From: Candidatus Sumerlaeota bacterium | GTDB taxonomy: Bacteria > Sumerlaeota > Sumerlaeia > JABWBI01 | Length of the DNA: 50,038 nucleotides | Direction: 5' to 3' | Assembly (NCBI GenBank): GCA_016928695.1 | Contig: JAFGKF010000118.1 | Location: 1 to 50,038, forward strand | Shown here: in pieces, positions 1-8,921 of the stretch | How the letters are laid out: each line of letters begins with the position of its first letter | How positions within the stretch are numbered: position 1 is the stretch's first letter | The notes under the pieces: generated by a model | What the model was told of the DNA's origin: nothing | What the model saw: only the letters and a program-made list of their open reading frames with translations | Databases searched by the model: none | Made by a program: the position numbers and the translations under genes

Positions 1-48
1 AGCGCCGGCGCCCCCGCTGGCATCCGGTCGGTTTCCTGCAACGGTCAG

Positions 49-74
49 TGCCGGCGAGGGCGCCGGCGCTCCAT
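49..74 (+). repeat. Copy A of a 26-nt GC-rich intergenic repeat, TGCCGGCGAGGGCGCCGGCGCTCCAT
   Basis: The exact 26-mer recurs at 38250-38275 and a 25-nt reverse complement at 41827-41851. It contains the hairpin GCCGGCG-AGGG-CGCCGGC. It lies just past the stop (84-86) of the minus-strand gene. Confidence 0.75.
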
Positions 75-83
75 CCTCAGGTG

Positions 84-2405
84 TCACTCCGACCCGATCC
101 TCCACAGCTCCACACCCACCGTCTGAGCGCGGTCGCCGTGCCAGGTCACCCGGTGCGGCACAGTCGAGAGCCACTGCGCGAGCAGCGCGGCCTGCGCGTC
201 GTCGAAGCGACCCCGGAAATAGGCGAGGTTGCCTCTCTCGGGAATGATCGGATCCCGACTGAGCCACGCCCCCCAATACGCCGCCGCATCGACGGTCCCG
301 TCGGGCCGAAGCATGTCCGGCTGGATGGCCCACAGCGGGAAGAGCTCCGCGTGGTTGATGAGGACATGGGTGATGTTGTCAGAGGCGAGAGCCTCGGTCA
401 GATCTTCGACCGACTCCGCCCCCTCCAGATAGCGCCGCACCGCGGGGGGATCGTACCAGTCGCTCATCACCGCGCTGGGCGGGAAATAGAATCGGCGTGA
501 CTCGCCGATCACGAGGGCGCTTTCGTCCTCGGGCACGAGTGCCTCGATCGCCCTCGCCCCATCGAAGTAATTCAGCCGCGTCGATCGCCACTCATCGGGG
601 TCCATGAAACCCAGCGCGAGCTGGAGCGGGTAGGACTCCAGCATGAAATACCGCGCGATCCAGAGCCCCTGATAGACGCTGGCCACGCCGAGCGCGAAGA
701 CCGCCGCGATCCACATCGCGCGCCACCGCCGCGTCAGCTCGGCGAGACCGACCACGGCCCCCGGCAACGCGACGAGCAGCGTCGAGAGCAGCAGGCGGTT
801 GGACTGATAGGTGCGGAACCAGAGCACGAAGTTGACCGCGATGAAGACCAGATAGAACCACCACCACCCGCCGCGCCGCATCGCGATCAGCGCAAGCCCC
901 GCGAGACCCAGCGGCGCGAGCAGCCACGGCGTGAGGCCGATCGACTGATCCTCGAAGCCCCCCTCGCCGACGCCCGGTCCCCCGGCCCAGGCGAACGTCG
1001 CGCCGCGCCATGCGGCGCCCACCAGGCGCCAGTCGTACCCCACCCCCTTCTGCGCCGCCTTCTCCTCCCACAGCGCCTGGCACTCGGCATCCCAGCCCTC
1101 GGCGTGGAACGCCTCGTTGGCGAGCGGATAGACGGGATTGCCCATCTGCACCCAGTTGCGGATGTACCACGGGGAGCCGATGGCCAGGGCGATGAGACCG
1201 AAGACGAGGCCATTGCTCAGGCGCTCGATGGCCGTGTAGGGCAGATCCTCGAGCGTGGGTGTGCGGTGCGCGAGCACACCGACCCCGAGCACGAGGGCGG
1301 GCACGAGTGCCGTGTACTTCGTCCCCAGCATGAGCCCCGTCAGCACCGCGGCGAGGAGGAGGTGACTCCCCCGCCCGGTGTGCCACCAGAGCGCATGCGC
1401 GAAAAACGCCGCGAGGAGAAAGCAGACCACCCCCGCATCGATGAACGACCAGGTGGAGGTGATGGTCAGGGCGGGGATGGTCGCCGCGAGGGCGAGCGTG
1501 AGACCCAGAGCCCCTCGGCGCCGCTTTCCATCCACACGCGCCCATCGCATCTGGTGGAACGCGAAGTGGAGAGCGAGAGCGATCACCAGAAGGAAGAGGG
1601 CGAACTGCGAGATCTTGGTGGCGACTCCATGTCCCACCTCGAGCATCTCGACCAGAAAGGGGAAGTGGCTGAACGCGAGGCCCTCGATCGGCCAGACGGC
1701 ACTCCAGTGGGCCCAGAGGATGGGTGGGGCGAGATGATAGCGGAGTCCATCGCTTTCAATGGGCGGTGTGGAGGCCGCGAGGAAAGCGAGCAGAAGCAGA
1801 GCCCCCACGGGCCACAGAGCCATGCGGGGCAGGCGGGAGAGCCGTGCATGCCGCAGACGCCTCAGAGACCACCTGACCCTGGGCACGGGGAGAAGAGCCG
1901 CTGTCGCCAGGGCGGCGAGACACACAGCGACTCCGAGCGCGGCCAGCTGGGCCCCGAGCGCAGGAACACCCATCGTCATGAGCGCCAACTCCAGCCACGA
2001 CATGAGCGCACAGCCGCCGAGCAACACAGCCGCCAGCAGCGACCAGAGGCCCCGCACTCCCGACATGCCAATGAGAGCCCATGAGGCCACCATGATCAGC
2101 AGCAGTGTCAGACCCCAGAGCCATGCCAGACCGGGAAGCCACTCCCCACTCCACGACCCAAACGTCTCCAGATACTCCCCGAGCGAGAACTTGACCAGCA
2201 GCGTGTTGGGATAGGCCGGCGGACTGAGAAACGGCGCGGCCGCCTGCGGATCGGGGGTGTACGTCACCCACTCCCACATCGAGAGCAGGGCGAAGGCGAC
2301 GAAGGCCAGAGCGCCGAGCCAGCGCAGCGCATGCTCGAAGAGCCCCGTGCCCCCGTCGAGCGGGGGCGATGCTTTCGCTTGATCCTCCATGCCGAATGAG
2401 TGCAT
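84..2405 (-). CDS. Polytopic membrane protein, probable GT-C fold glycosyltransferase (ArnT/PMT_2-like) with a soluble C-terminal domain
   Basis: The track ORF is 84..2429 (TTG start); the first ATG is at 2405 and another at 2390, so the start is uncertain. There are more than 12 hydrophobic helices over about 560 aa, then a roughly 220-aa soluble tail. The loop motif ESDGLRYHL resembles the D-x-x-RY first-loop motif of ArnT/PMT enzymes. GC3 bias is strong. Confidence 0.6.
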   Translation of the reverse strand: MHSFGMEDQAKASPPLDGGTGLFEHALRWLGALAFVAFALLSMWEWVTYTPDPQAAAPFLSPPAYPNTLLVKFSLGEYLETFGSWSGEWLPGLAWLWGLTLLLIMVASWALIGMSGVRGLWSLLAAVLLGGCALMSWLELALMTMGVPALGAQLAALGVAVCLAALATAALLPVPRVRWSLRRLRHARLSRLPRMALWPVGALLLLAFLAASTPPIESDGLRYHLAPPILWAHWSAVWPIEGLAFSHFPFLVEMLEVGHGVATKISQFALFLLVIALALHFAFHQMRWARVDGKRRRGALGLTLALAATIPALTITSTWSFIDAGVVCFLLAAFFAHALWWHTGRGSHLLLAAVLTGLMLGTKYTALVPALVLGVGVLAHRTPTLEDLPYTAIERLSNGLVFGLIALAIGSPWYIRNWVQMGNPVYPLANEAFHAEGWDAECQALWEEKAAQKGVGYDWRLVGAAWRGATFAWAGGPGVGEGGFEDQSIGLTPWLLAPLGLAGLALIAMRRGGWWWFYLVFIAVNFVLWFRTYQSNRLLLSTLLVALPGAVVGLAELTRRWRAMWIAAVFALGVASVYQGLWIARYFMLESYPLQLALGFMDPDEWRSTRLNYFDGARAIEALVPEDESALVIGESRRFYFPPSAVMSDWYDPPAVRRYLEGAESVEDLTEALASDNITHVLINHAELFPLWAIQPDMLRPDGTVDAAAYWGAWLSRDPIIPERGNLAYFRGRFDDAQAALLAQWLSTVPHRVTWHGDRAQTVGVELWRIGSE

Positions 2406-2428
2406 ATCGCCCGTTTGAGGTTCTGCCA

Positions 2429-3787
2429 ATGAAGAACATCATGCTCGTCACCCAGGGATGCGACAAGAACACGGTCGACACCGAGTACCTCGCGGGGGCG
2501 CTCGCCGCCCGCGGGATGCGACCCCTCTCGCCCGCCACGTGGGACGGCGAGGCGGTGCTCGACGCGATCGTGATCAACACCTGCGGGTTCATCGACGACG
2601 CGAAGCAGCAGTCGATCGACACGATCCTGGCCTGGGCCGAGCACCGGGAGGAGCAGGGCGGGCATCCCCGCCTGATCGTGGCGGGCTGCCTCTCGCAGCT
2701 CCTCCACGCCCAGTTGGCCGAGGAGCTGCCCGAGGTCGACGCCTTCGTCGGGGTCGGCGCCTGGGATCAAATCGCCGGGCTCCTCGCCCGCCGGGACCAC
2801 GGCGAACCCTCCCCCATTCCCGAGCCGGACATGCGGATCGACTCGCGCCTGGCCCGCCTGCCGCTCGACAGCGAGCCGCATCGTTTCCTCAAGATCTCCG
2901 ACGGCTGCAACCAGCAGTGCACCTTCTGCTCGATCCCGCTCATGAAGGGGCGCCACCGCAGCGTCCCCCTCGAGATCCTGGTCGACGAGGCGCGCGGCCT
3001 GATTGAGAGCGGCGCCCGGGAGATCAATCTGATCGCGCAGGACCTGACGAGCTATGGGATCGATCTGCTGAGCCGGATTCAGCTCGCCGATCTGATCGAG
3101 GCGCTCGATGCGATCGAGGGCGATTTCTGGCTGAGGCCGCTCTACGCCTACCCGAGCCGGATGGACGACCGCCTGATCGAAACCCTGGCGGGGGGACGCC
3201 ATGTGATCCCCTACCTCGACATGCCGCTCCAGCACGCGAGCGACCCTGTGCTGCGCACGATGCGTCGCCCCGGGGGGCAAGCCGAGATCGAGTCGCTGCT
3301 CAGCCGCCTCCGCGCGGCCATCCCTGGCCTCGTGCTGCGCACCACCTTCATCGTCGGCTTCCCCGGCGAGACAGATCGGGACTTCGAGACGCTGCTCGAC
3401 TTCCTGAGGAATCAGCGCTTCGAGCGCGTGGGGGCCTTCGTGTACCAGCCTCAGGGGGGCACCCCCTCGGCCGAGATGAAGTGCCAAGTGCCCGAGGAGA
3501 TCCGGGCGGAGCGCCACCACGCCCTGATGATGACCCAGCAGGGCATCGCCGAGGTGATCCAGCGCGAGCGATTCCTCGGCCGGAGGCTCCGCGTCCTCGT
3601 CGAGGCGCACGACGAGGAGACGGGACTGTGGCGATCGCGCTCGCACGCCGACGCGCCCGGGGTGGACGGCATCACCTGGATCGAGGCGGGGCGCGACGAT
3701 CTGCGCCCCGGGGATCGGTGTGAGGTCGATGTCGTTGACACCGATCCCTACGACATGCGCTCTGAACTCGTTGGCAAGTTGGCGTGA
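2429..3787 (+). CDS. rimO: Ribosomal protein S12 methylthiotransferase RimO (radical SAM MTTase)
   Basis: The N-terminus MKNIMLVTQGCDKNTVDTE is an MTTase N-domain. The radical-SAM cluster motif is CNQQCTFCSIP. A TRAM-like C-terminus is present (RLRVLVEA...GDRCEVDVVDTDPYDM). An SD (GAGG) sits 9 nt before ATG 2429; the track ORF begins further upstream at 2369. Confidence 0.85.
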   Translation: MKNIMLVTQGCDKNTVDTEYLAGALAARGMRPLSPATWDGEAVLDAIVINTCGFIDDAKQQSIDTILAWAEHREEQGGHPRLIVAGCLSQLLHAQLAEELPEVDAFVGVGAWDQIAGLLARRDHGEPSPIPEPDMRIDSRLARLPLDSEPHRFLKISDGCNQQCTFCSIPLMKGRHRSVPLEILVDEARGLIESGAREINLIAQDLTSYGIDLLSRIQLADLIEALDAIEGDFWLRPLYAYPSRMDDRLIETLAGGRHVIPYLDMPLQHASDPVLRTMRRPGGQAEIESLLSRLRAAIPGLVLRTTFIVGFPGETDRDFETLLDFLRNQRFERVGAFVYQPQGGTPSAEMKCQVPEEIRAERHHALMMTQQGIAEVIQRERFLGRRLRVLVEAHDEETGLWRSRSHADAPGVDGITWIEAGRDDLRPGDRCEVDVVDTDPYDMRSELVGKLA

Positions 3788-3805
3788 CCGATTCACCGCG
3801 GGACC

Positions 3806-3834
3806 TTGACACAATCGGTCCAACTCCCGATAAG
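3806..3834 (+). promoter_or_regulatory. Candidate sigma70-type promoter, TTGACA-N17-GATAAG
   Basis: TTGACA at 3806-3811, a 17-nt spacer, then GATAAG at 3829-3834, about 40 nt upstream of the first pseudopilin ATG (3872). Confidence 0.4.
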
Positions 3835-3871
3835 AGAGACACCTCCGCTCTGAGGACAGAAGACGCTGGCC

Positions 3872-4285
3872 ATGCGCGGTTGCAGGGGTTTCTCGATCAT
3901 TGAGCTGCTGGTGGCACTGCTTGTTGTCGCCGTGGGCCTCGGTGCGATCCTCAGGCTCTTCGACCAGACGGCCAACACCGCCCATCGCCACGAGCGCCTC
4001 ACCCAGGCCCGCGCCCTCGGGCGCGGACTGATCGCCGAGTCACAGCCCGATCCCCAGGCAGCCGAGCTCACGCGGCAGGTCCGCGAGGCGGCGAGCCGCG
4101 GCGAGACTCTCTGGCCCTCGGAGCCCCGCTCCTTTGAGGGAGTCCCCAGTGGCATCCCTCCCCTGACGTGGCAGTGGCGTTGGACGGGGGATCTCCCCGC
4201 CCAGGGGCCGCTCCACCTCGAGCTCTTCATCTCGTCGGACTGGGAGGACCCAGGTGAAACCGTTCGCCTGCCCGTCACCCTCTGA
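3872..4285 (+). CDS. Prepilin-type N-terminal cleavage/methylation protein (pseudopilin or minor pilin)
   Basis: MRGCRG|FSIIELLVALLVVAVGLGAIL is the G|F...E(+5) prepilin peptidase motif followed by a hydrophobic helix. 137 aa. Confidence 0.8.
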   Translation: MRGCRGFSIIELLVALLVVAVGLGAILRLFDQTANTAHRHERLTQARALGRGLIAESQPDPQAAELTRQVREAASRGETLWPSEPRSFEGVPSGIPPLTWQWRWTGDLPAQGPLHLELFISSDWEDPGETVRLPVTL

Positions 4286-4895
4286 GTCCCTCGCCGGCAC
4301 CCGACGCGCCGTGACGCTGGTGGAGCTGCTGGTGGCCATGGGCGTCGGCGCCGTCGTGCTCGCCATCCTGTTCAACACCTTCCATCAGACGCAGCGGCTG
4401 GCGATCCGCGAGATCACCCGCAACCGCCAGCGCCAGGAGGCGCAGATCCTGACGCACCGCATCAGCGCGATTCTCGCCGGGGCGGTCCCCCTCGCGGCGC
4501 TCGACCTGCCGAGTCAACCGCCGGAGATCTTCGAGCCCGACCGCCTGCGCATCGTCTCCTGGCAGGGGGCCACAGCCGACGCACTGTGGATCCACGAGGT
4601 CCACGCTGCCGCCGCGAGTGACGAGACACAGTTCGTCCCCATCGAGATCACACGCCTCACCCTCGACGGCACACCCGCACCCGAGCAGCGGCGGACGACC
4701 GATCTGCCCTTCCGAGCGGAGTTCGAGTATCTCCCTGTCGGCAACGCGGGCCCCGCCGCTTGGCAACCCTCTCTCGGTGAGGGGGAGTTCCCCTCGCATG
4801 TGCGAATCACACTGACCAGTCGGCTCGGCGAGGATCAGGTGAGACCCGTTGTGCTCTCGACGGTCGTGGCCACCGGGGCGAGAGTGCTCCGATGA
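4254..4895 (+). CDS. Prepilin-type N-terminal motif protein (GspJ/PilW-like minor pseudopilin)
   Basis: GTG start. RRA|VTLVELLVAMGVGAVVLAILF carries Glu at +5. 213 aa. Overlaps the upstream gene by 32 nt. Confidence 0.7.
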   Translation: MKPFACPSPSESLAGTRRAVTLVELLVAMGVGAVVLAILFNTFHQTQRLAIREITRNRQRQEAQILTHRISAILAGAVPLAALDLPSQPPEIFEPDRLRIVSWQGATADALWIHEVHAAAASDETQFVPIEITRLTLDGTPAPEQRRTTDLPFRAEFEYLPVGNAGPAAWQPSLGEGEFPSHVRITLTSRLGEDQVRPVVLSTVVATGARVLR

Positions 4896-5344
4896 GACCC
4901 CTGAGAGACCGCCGCGCCTTCGCCCTGATCATCGCCCTCGGCACCCTGGCGATTCTGGGCCTGATCGTCAAAGGCGTGGCCGACAGCGTCGTCTTCGAGC
5001 GGACCGTGAGCGAGCGCTGGAGTCAGCGCGCCGACGAGCGCCTGGCACTGACGTGGATCGCGCAGGCGCTGGTGGAGGCGGAGTCCCAGGCGGAAACTCC
5101 ACTGCAGATCTCTGACACCTGGGGTGACACCCCGATCGGAGCGCATCTCGAATCGCTCTCGCCCCAGAGCCCCGTCTATCGCCACTCAGCCCTCGCCCCG
5201 CGGGAGGGGGATCGCCTCGCCACCGTGACGATCGGAGAGGAGACGTTCCGGCTCCTGCTGAGGCGGGGCGGCGATGCGCTCCCCCCCACGGTTCACCCCC
5301 TTCCCGTTGAGATGTTCACCCCCTCCGAGGAGGCCAGCCCTTGA
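4892..5344 (+). CDS. Small pilus/T2SS-associated membrane-anchored protein (GspK/PilX-like N-terminus)
   Basis: ATGA start/stop overlap with the upstream gene. N-terminal RRAFALIIALGTLAILGLIV helix without Glu+5, as in GspK-type minor pseudopilins, but the protein is only 150 aa. Confidence 0.55.
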   Translation: MRPLRDRRAFALIIALGTLAILGLIVKGVADSVVFERTVSERWSQRADERLALTWIAQALVEAESQAETPLQISDTWGDTPIGAHLESLSPQSPVYRHSALAPREGDRLATVTIGEETFRLLLRRGGDALPPTVHPLPVEMFTPSEEASP

Positions 5345-7506
5345 AAGCGTCGATGTACAAGATCGCCCTGATTTTCTCCGAGTCGGGTTTCCTCGAGGAG
5401 GAGCGCTTCCGCGCCATGCTGCGCGAGGCGGGCAAATCGCTGACCGAGATCCTTTTCTCGGACTTCAGCGGCCGCTCGGTCAAGGACCTGATCACCTACG
5501 AGATCCCCCTGCCCTTCACCAAGAGCAAGCGCGACCGGATGAAGGCGGAGCTCAGGCGCGACCTCAACATCTCCCCGGAGGAGCTGCGGGCGATTCTGAA
5601 GATGCACCCGCAGCGGGTGCCCGAGCTCTGCCAGATCCTCGAGGAGGCCGGCCTGCTCTGGCCCGACACCGCCAAGCAGGTGCGTGAGGGCATCGCGCAG
5701 GGCGGCGAGGCGCACATCGAGGCGATGCTGCGCGACATGGTGATCACCGTCGAGACACTGGCCACCTTCATCGGCAAGGAGAACTGGATCTCGCGGGGAG
5801 ACCGGCGGCGCCGCGCCGCCCACCTCCTGACCCACAACGGGATCCTCGAGGAGGACGTGGTCCAGAGGATCCTGGAGGCGCACGCCAACCAGGAGGGCAG
5901 GCTCAGCGACCTGCTCCAGAGCGTCGGGGGAATCAGCCAGTTCGAGCTCCTGCAGGCGATCCGCAGCGACCTCCATCTGCCGAAGGTCAACCTCACCACC
6001 ACCGAGATCGATCACGAGGTCGTCACCACCCTGCCCGCGCAGTTCCAGCGCCGTCACCTCACGATGCCCTTCAGGCGCATCGATGGGGCCGTCTGCCTGG
6101 CGATGAGCGATCCCCTCGACACCGCCCTGACCGACGCGCTCGAGCTCCTGACGGGACAGCCCCACATCGCGCACTTCGCGAGTCAGCGCGATCTCATCGG
6201 CAAGCTCAACATCGTCCTCCCCACCGCCGGAAGCGCGCCCGCCATGGCCATCGACGAGGAGGGCGTGCACGTCGATCCCTTCGACTCCTCCATGGGGGCG
6301 GAGACGGTGGTCGAGGACATGGAGGAGGACACCGACACCCTCGTCGACAACATCTCCACCGTCGAGCTGGTCTCCACGGTCATCGAGAGCGCCTTCGCCA
6401 CGCGCGCGACCGACATCCACCTCGAGCCGCTCCAGGACGAGGTCCGCGTCCGTTACCGAATCGATGGGCGCCTCAAGACAATCATGCAGTTCCCCCGCGA
6501 GATGCTCCTCCCGGTCGTCTCGCGCGTCAAAGTGCTCTGCGACCTCAACGTCACCGAGCGGCGGCGGCCCCAGGACGGGCACTTCTCGATCGACCTGGGC
6601 GCGGACTCCGTCGACCTCCGCGTCTCCGTCCTCCCCACCCATCTCGGCGAGAAGGTCGTCATCCGTGTGCTCGACGAGGCCAACGTGCTCAGAGGCCTCG
6701 GGGACCTCGGGATGCCCGACAGCGAGAGGGGACGCATCGGGCGCCTGCTCTCCAAGCCCCACGGCATGCTGATCGTCGGGGGTCCGACCGGATCGGGCAA
6801 GACGACGACGCTCTACGCCGGCCTCAACAGCCTCAACTCCGAGGACCGCAACATCGTCACCATCGAGGACCCCGTCGAGTACCGCATCGGCGGGATCAGC
6901 CAGATCCAGGTCGATCCGAAGATCGATCTGACCTTCGCCACAGGGCTGCGCGCCACGCTGCGCCAGGACCCCGACATCATCATGGTCGGCGAGATCCGCG
7001 ACACCGAGACCGCGAAGATCGCGGTCCGATCGGCCCTGACCGGCCACCTGGTGCTCTCGACCCTCCACGCCAACTCGTCGGCGGGGGTGGTGAGCGCGCT
7101 GCGCCACATGGGCATCCCCGCCTTCTCGGTGGCCAGCTCGCTGATCGGCGTGATCAGCCAGCGCCTCGTCCGCCGCCTCTGCACCGACTGCCGCGAGGCA
7201 TTCACCCCGAAAAAGGCTCTGAAGGAGGATCTCGGTCTGCCCCCGGGAACCCGCCGTCAGCTCTGGAAGCCCGTGGGCTGCGAGCGCTGCCTCGACATGG
7301 GATACCGCGGTCGCCTGGGCATCTTCGAGGTGTGGGAGATCAACGCCGCCATGCGCGAGGTGATTCTCAACGATGGATCGGAGACCGCCCTCACCGAGGC
7401 CGCGCAGTCAGGTGGCATGAGAACCCTGATGGAGAACGCACATCACCTGCTCCACGAGGGGATCACCTCGCCCGCGGAGGTGCTCCGCTCGGTGAGCCTG
7501 GACTGA
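5341..7506 (+). CDS. GspE/PilB-family secretion/pilus assembly ATPase (long, 721 aa)
   Basis: T2SSE_N-like segment LPAQFQRRHLTMPFRRIDGAVCLAMSDPLD. Walker A GGPTGSGKTTTLY, Walker B DPDIIMVGEIRD, His box GHLVLSTLHAN, tetracysteine CTDC...CERC. About 200 extra N-terminal residues. TTG 5341 lies about 10 nt after GAGGAGG; ATG 5353 is an alternative start. Confidence 0.9.
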   Translation: MKASMYKIALIFSESGFLEEERFRAMLREAGKSLTEILFSDFSGRSVKDLITYEIPLPFTKSKRDRMKAELRRDLNISPEELRAILKMHPQRVPELCQILEEAGLLWPDTAKQVREGIAQGGEAHIEAMLRDMVITVETLATFIGKENWISRGDRRRRAAHLLTHNGILEEDVVQRILEAHANQEGRLSDLLQSVGGISQFELLQAIRSDLHLPKVNLTTTEIDHEVVTTLPAQFQRRHLTMPFRRIDGAVCLAMSDPLDTALTDALELLTGQPHIAHFASQRDLIGKLNIVLPTAGSAPAMAIDEEGVHVDPFDSSMGAETVVEDMEEDTDTLVDNISTVELVSTVIESAFATRATDIHLEPLQDEVRVRYRIDGRLKTIMQFPREMLLPVVSRVKVLCDLNVTERRRPQDGHFSIDLGADSVDLRVSVLPTHLGEKVVIRVLDEANVLRGLGDLGMPDSERGRIGRLLSKPHGMLIVGGPTGSGKTTTLYAGLNSLNSEDRNIVTIEDPVEYRIGGISQIQVDPKIDLTFATGLRATLRQDPDIIMVGEIRDTETAKIAVRSALTGHLVLSTLHANSSAGVVSALRHMGIPAFSVASSLIGVISQRLVRRLCTDCREAFTPKKALKEDLGLPPGTRRQLWKPVGCERCLDMGYRGRLGIFEVWEINAAMREVILNDGSETALTEAAQSGGMRTLMENAHHLLHEGITSPAEVLRSVSLD

Positions 7507-7540
7507 CAGGGATCAAGAATGAGGACAGGAGTCTGAACCG

Positions 7541-8803
7541 ATGGCCAAGGACACAGGCGAGAGCCGCGCCCGCCAGCTCCGCGACGCGATCGCGAGCAAG
7601 CTGCGCGAGAAGAGCGACCAGGAGACCCTCGCCGGCGGCCAGCCCGCACGCCCCGCCGGCCAGCGCCCATCGGAGCCGCACCATCGGCCCGGTGAACCGG
7701 GCGTCGAGCAGCTCACCGTCGGCGAGACGGTGCGACAGATCCTGGGCACCCGCATCTCCCTGACCGGCCCCAAGGTCCAGGACATCGCCACCATGTGCCG
7801 CCAGCTGGCCACGCTGATCGACGTCGGCATCCCGCTGCTGCGCAGCATCAAGATCCTGGCCGAGCGCACGCAGCATCCCCAGCTCCGCCAGATCCTGCGG
7901 GAGATCGCCGACGACGTCGAGCAGGGATCGCCCCTCTCGACAGCGATGAAGAAGCACCCGCGCATCATCCCCCCGCTGATCACCAACATCGTCCAGATCG
8001 GGGAGAAGGGCGGCATCCTGGAGGACACCCTCCGCCGCCTGGCCGAGATCTACGAGCGCAAGGCGGAGATCAAGCGCAAGGTGCTCGCCGCGATGGCCTA
8101 CCCCATCGCCGCCATCATCGTCGCCATCTCCGTGGTCGCCCTCATCTTCGCCTACGCCATTCCCGTCTTCCAGGAGGTCTACACGCAGAAGGAGAACGTG
8201 GAGCTGCCGCGCATCACCCAGCAGGTGATCGCCGTCAGCGAGTTCGTCCGGGGCTGGTGGGCGCTCTACATCCCGCTTCTGGTGCTCATCTTCATCCTCG
8301 CCGTCTGGTATGGCCGCACCGTCCCGGGGCGGAGGCTCTACGACCGCCTGCGCCTGCGCCTCCCGATCATGGGCCCGATCAACATCAAGATCAATGTGGC
8401 CCGGGTCACACGCACGCTGTCGAACCTGCTCTCGGCCGGCATCCCGCTGCTCGAGGCCCTCAGCTCGACGGCCACCTCCTCCGAGAACGTGATCATCGCC
8501 GAGGCGCTGATCCGCACGCGGGACTCCGTCGAGGAGGGCGAGAAGATGGAGCCCGCCCTGCGCGAGAGCCGAGTCATCCCACCGATGGTTGTGGACATGA
8601 TCGCCATCGGCGACGAGGCCGGGGCGCTGGACAACGTCCTCGACCGGATGGCCGACGTCTACGAGGGCGAGGTCGATGCCTCGCTCAAGGGATTGGTCGC
8701 CCTGATCGAACCGCTGCTCATCATCTTCCTCGGAATCGTCGTCATCCTCATCGCCTTCGCCATTCTCCTGCCCTACTGGAACATCGGCGACCTGATCGAG
8801 TGA
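7541..8803 (+). CDS. GspF/PilC-family inner-membrane platform protein
   Basis: 420 aa with two T2SSF-type repeats (LLRSIKILAERT...GSPLSTAM...EKGGILEDTLRRLAE and LLEALSSTA...EEGEKMEPAL...IGDEAGALDNVLDRMAD) separated by hydrophobic spans. SD GAGGACAGGAG precedes the ATG. Confidence 0.9.
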   Translation: MAKDTGESRARQLRDAIASKLREKSDQETLAGGQPARPAGQRPSEPHHRPGEPGVEQLTVGETVRQILGTRISLTGPKVQDIATMCRQLATLIDVGIPLLRSIKILAERTQHPQLRQILREIADDVEQGSPLSTAMKKHPRIIPPLITNIVQIGEKGGILEDTLRRLAEIYERKAEIKRKVLAAMAYPIAAIIVAISVVALIFAYAIPVFQEVYTQKENVELPRITQQVIAVSEFVRGWWALYIPLLVLIFILAVWYGRTVPGRRLYDRLRLRLPIMGPINIKINVARVTRTLSNLLSAGIPLLEALSSTATSSENVIIAEALIRTRDSVEEGEKMEPALRESRVIPPMVVDMIAIGDEAGALDNVLDRMADVYEGEVDASLKGLVALIEPLLIIFLGIVVILIAFAILLPYWNIGDLIE

Positions 8804-8807
8804 TCGG

Positions 8808-8835
8808 CGCTCTCCGCCCCACGCTGCGGAGAGCG
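8808..8835 (+). terminator. 10-bp GC stem-loop after the platform gene, with no U-tract
   Basis: CGCTCTCCGC-N8-GCGGAGAGCG starts 5 nt after the stop. It is followed by AAAAGG rather than a T-run, so any terminator function is uncertain. Confidence 0.3.
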
Positions 8836-8921
8836 AAAAGGGGATTGGCAACCGGAGCCTGAGAGGGCACCATGCGGCGCCTCGGGCCTCCGCCTGCCCA
8901 CCGGAGCCCGGCTCGGAGATC

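Noticed and set aside
5293-7107. Long ORFs antisense to recognisable genes. Examples: 5293-7107, 7463-9034, 9960-11465, 2264-3991, 19158-21155, 21590-23278, 26592-27839, 27836-29059, 34007-36223, 40216-41919, 44205-45698, 46250-48157 and 48389-49960.
   Set aside because: Each lies opposite a gene with clear conserved motifs. Their translations are Arg/Gly/Asp/His/Pro-rich low-complexity sequence with no motifs. This is the expected shadow-ORF artefact of a high-GC genome with strong GC3 bias on the true strand.
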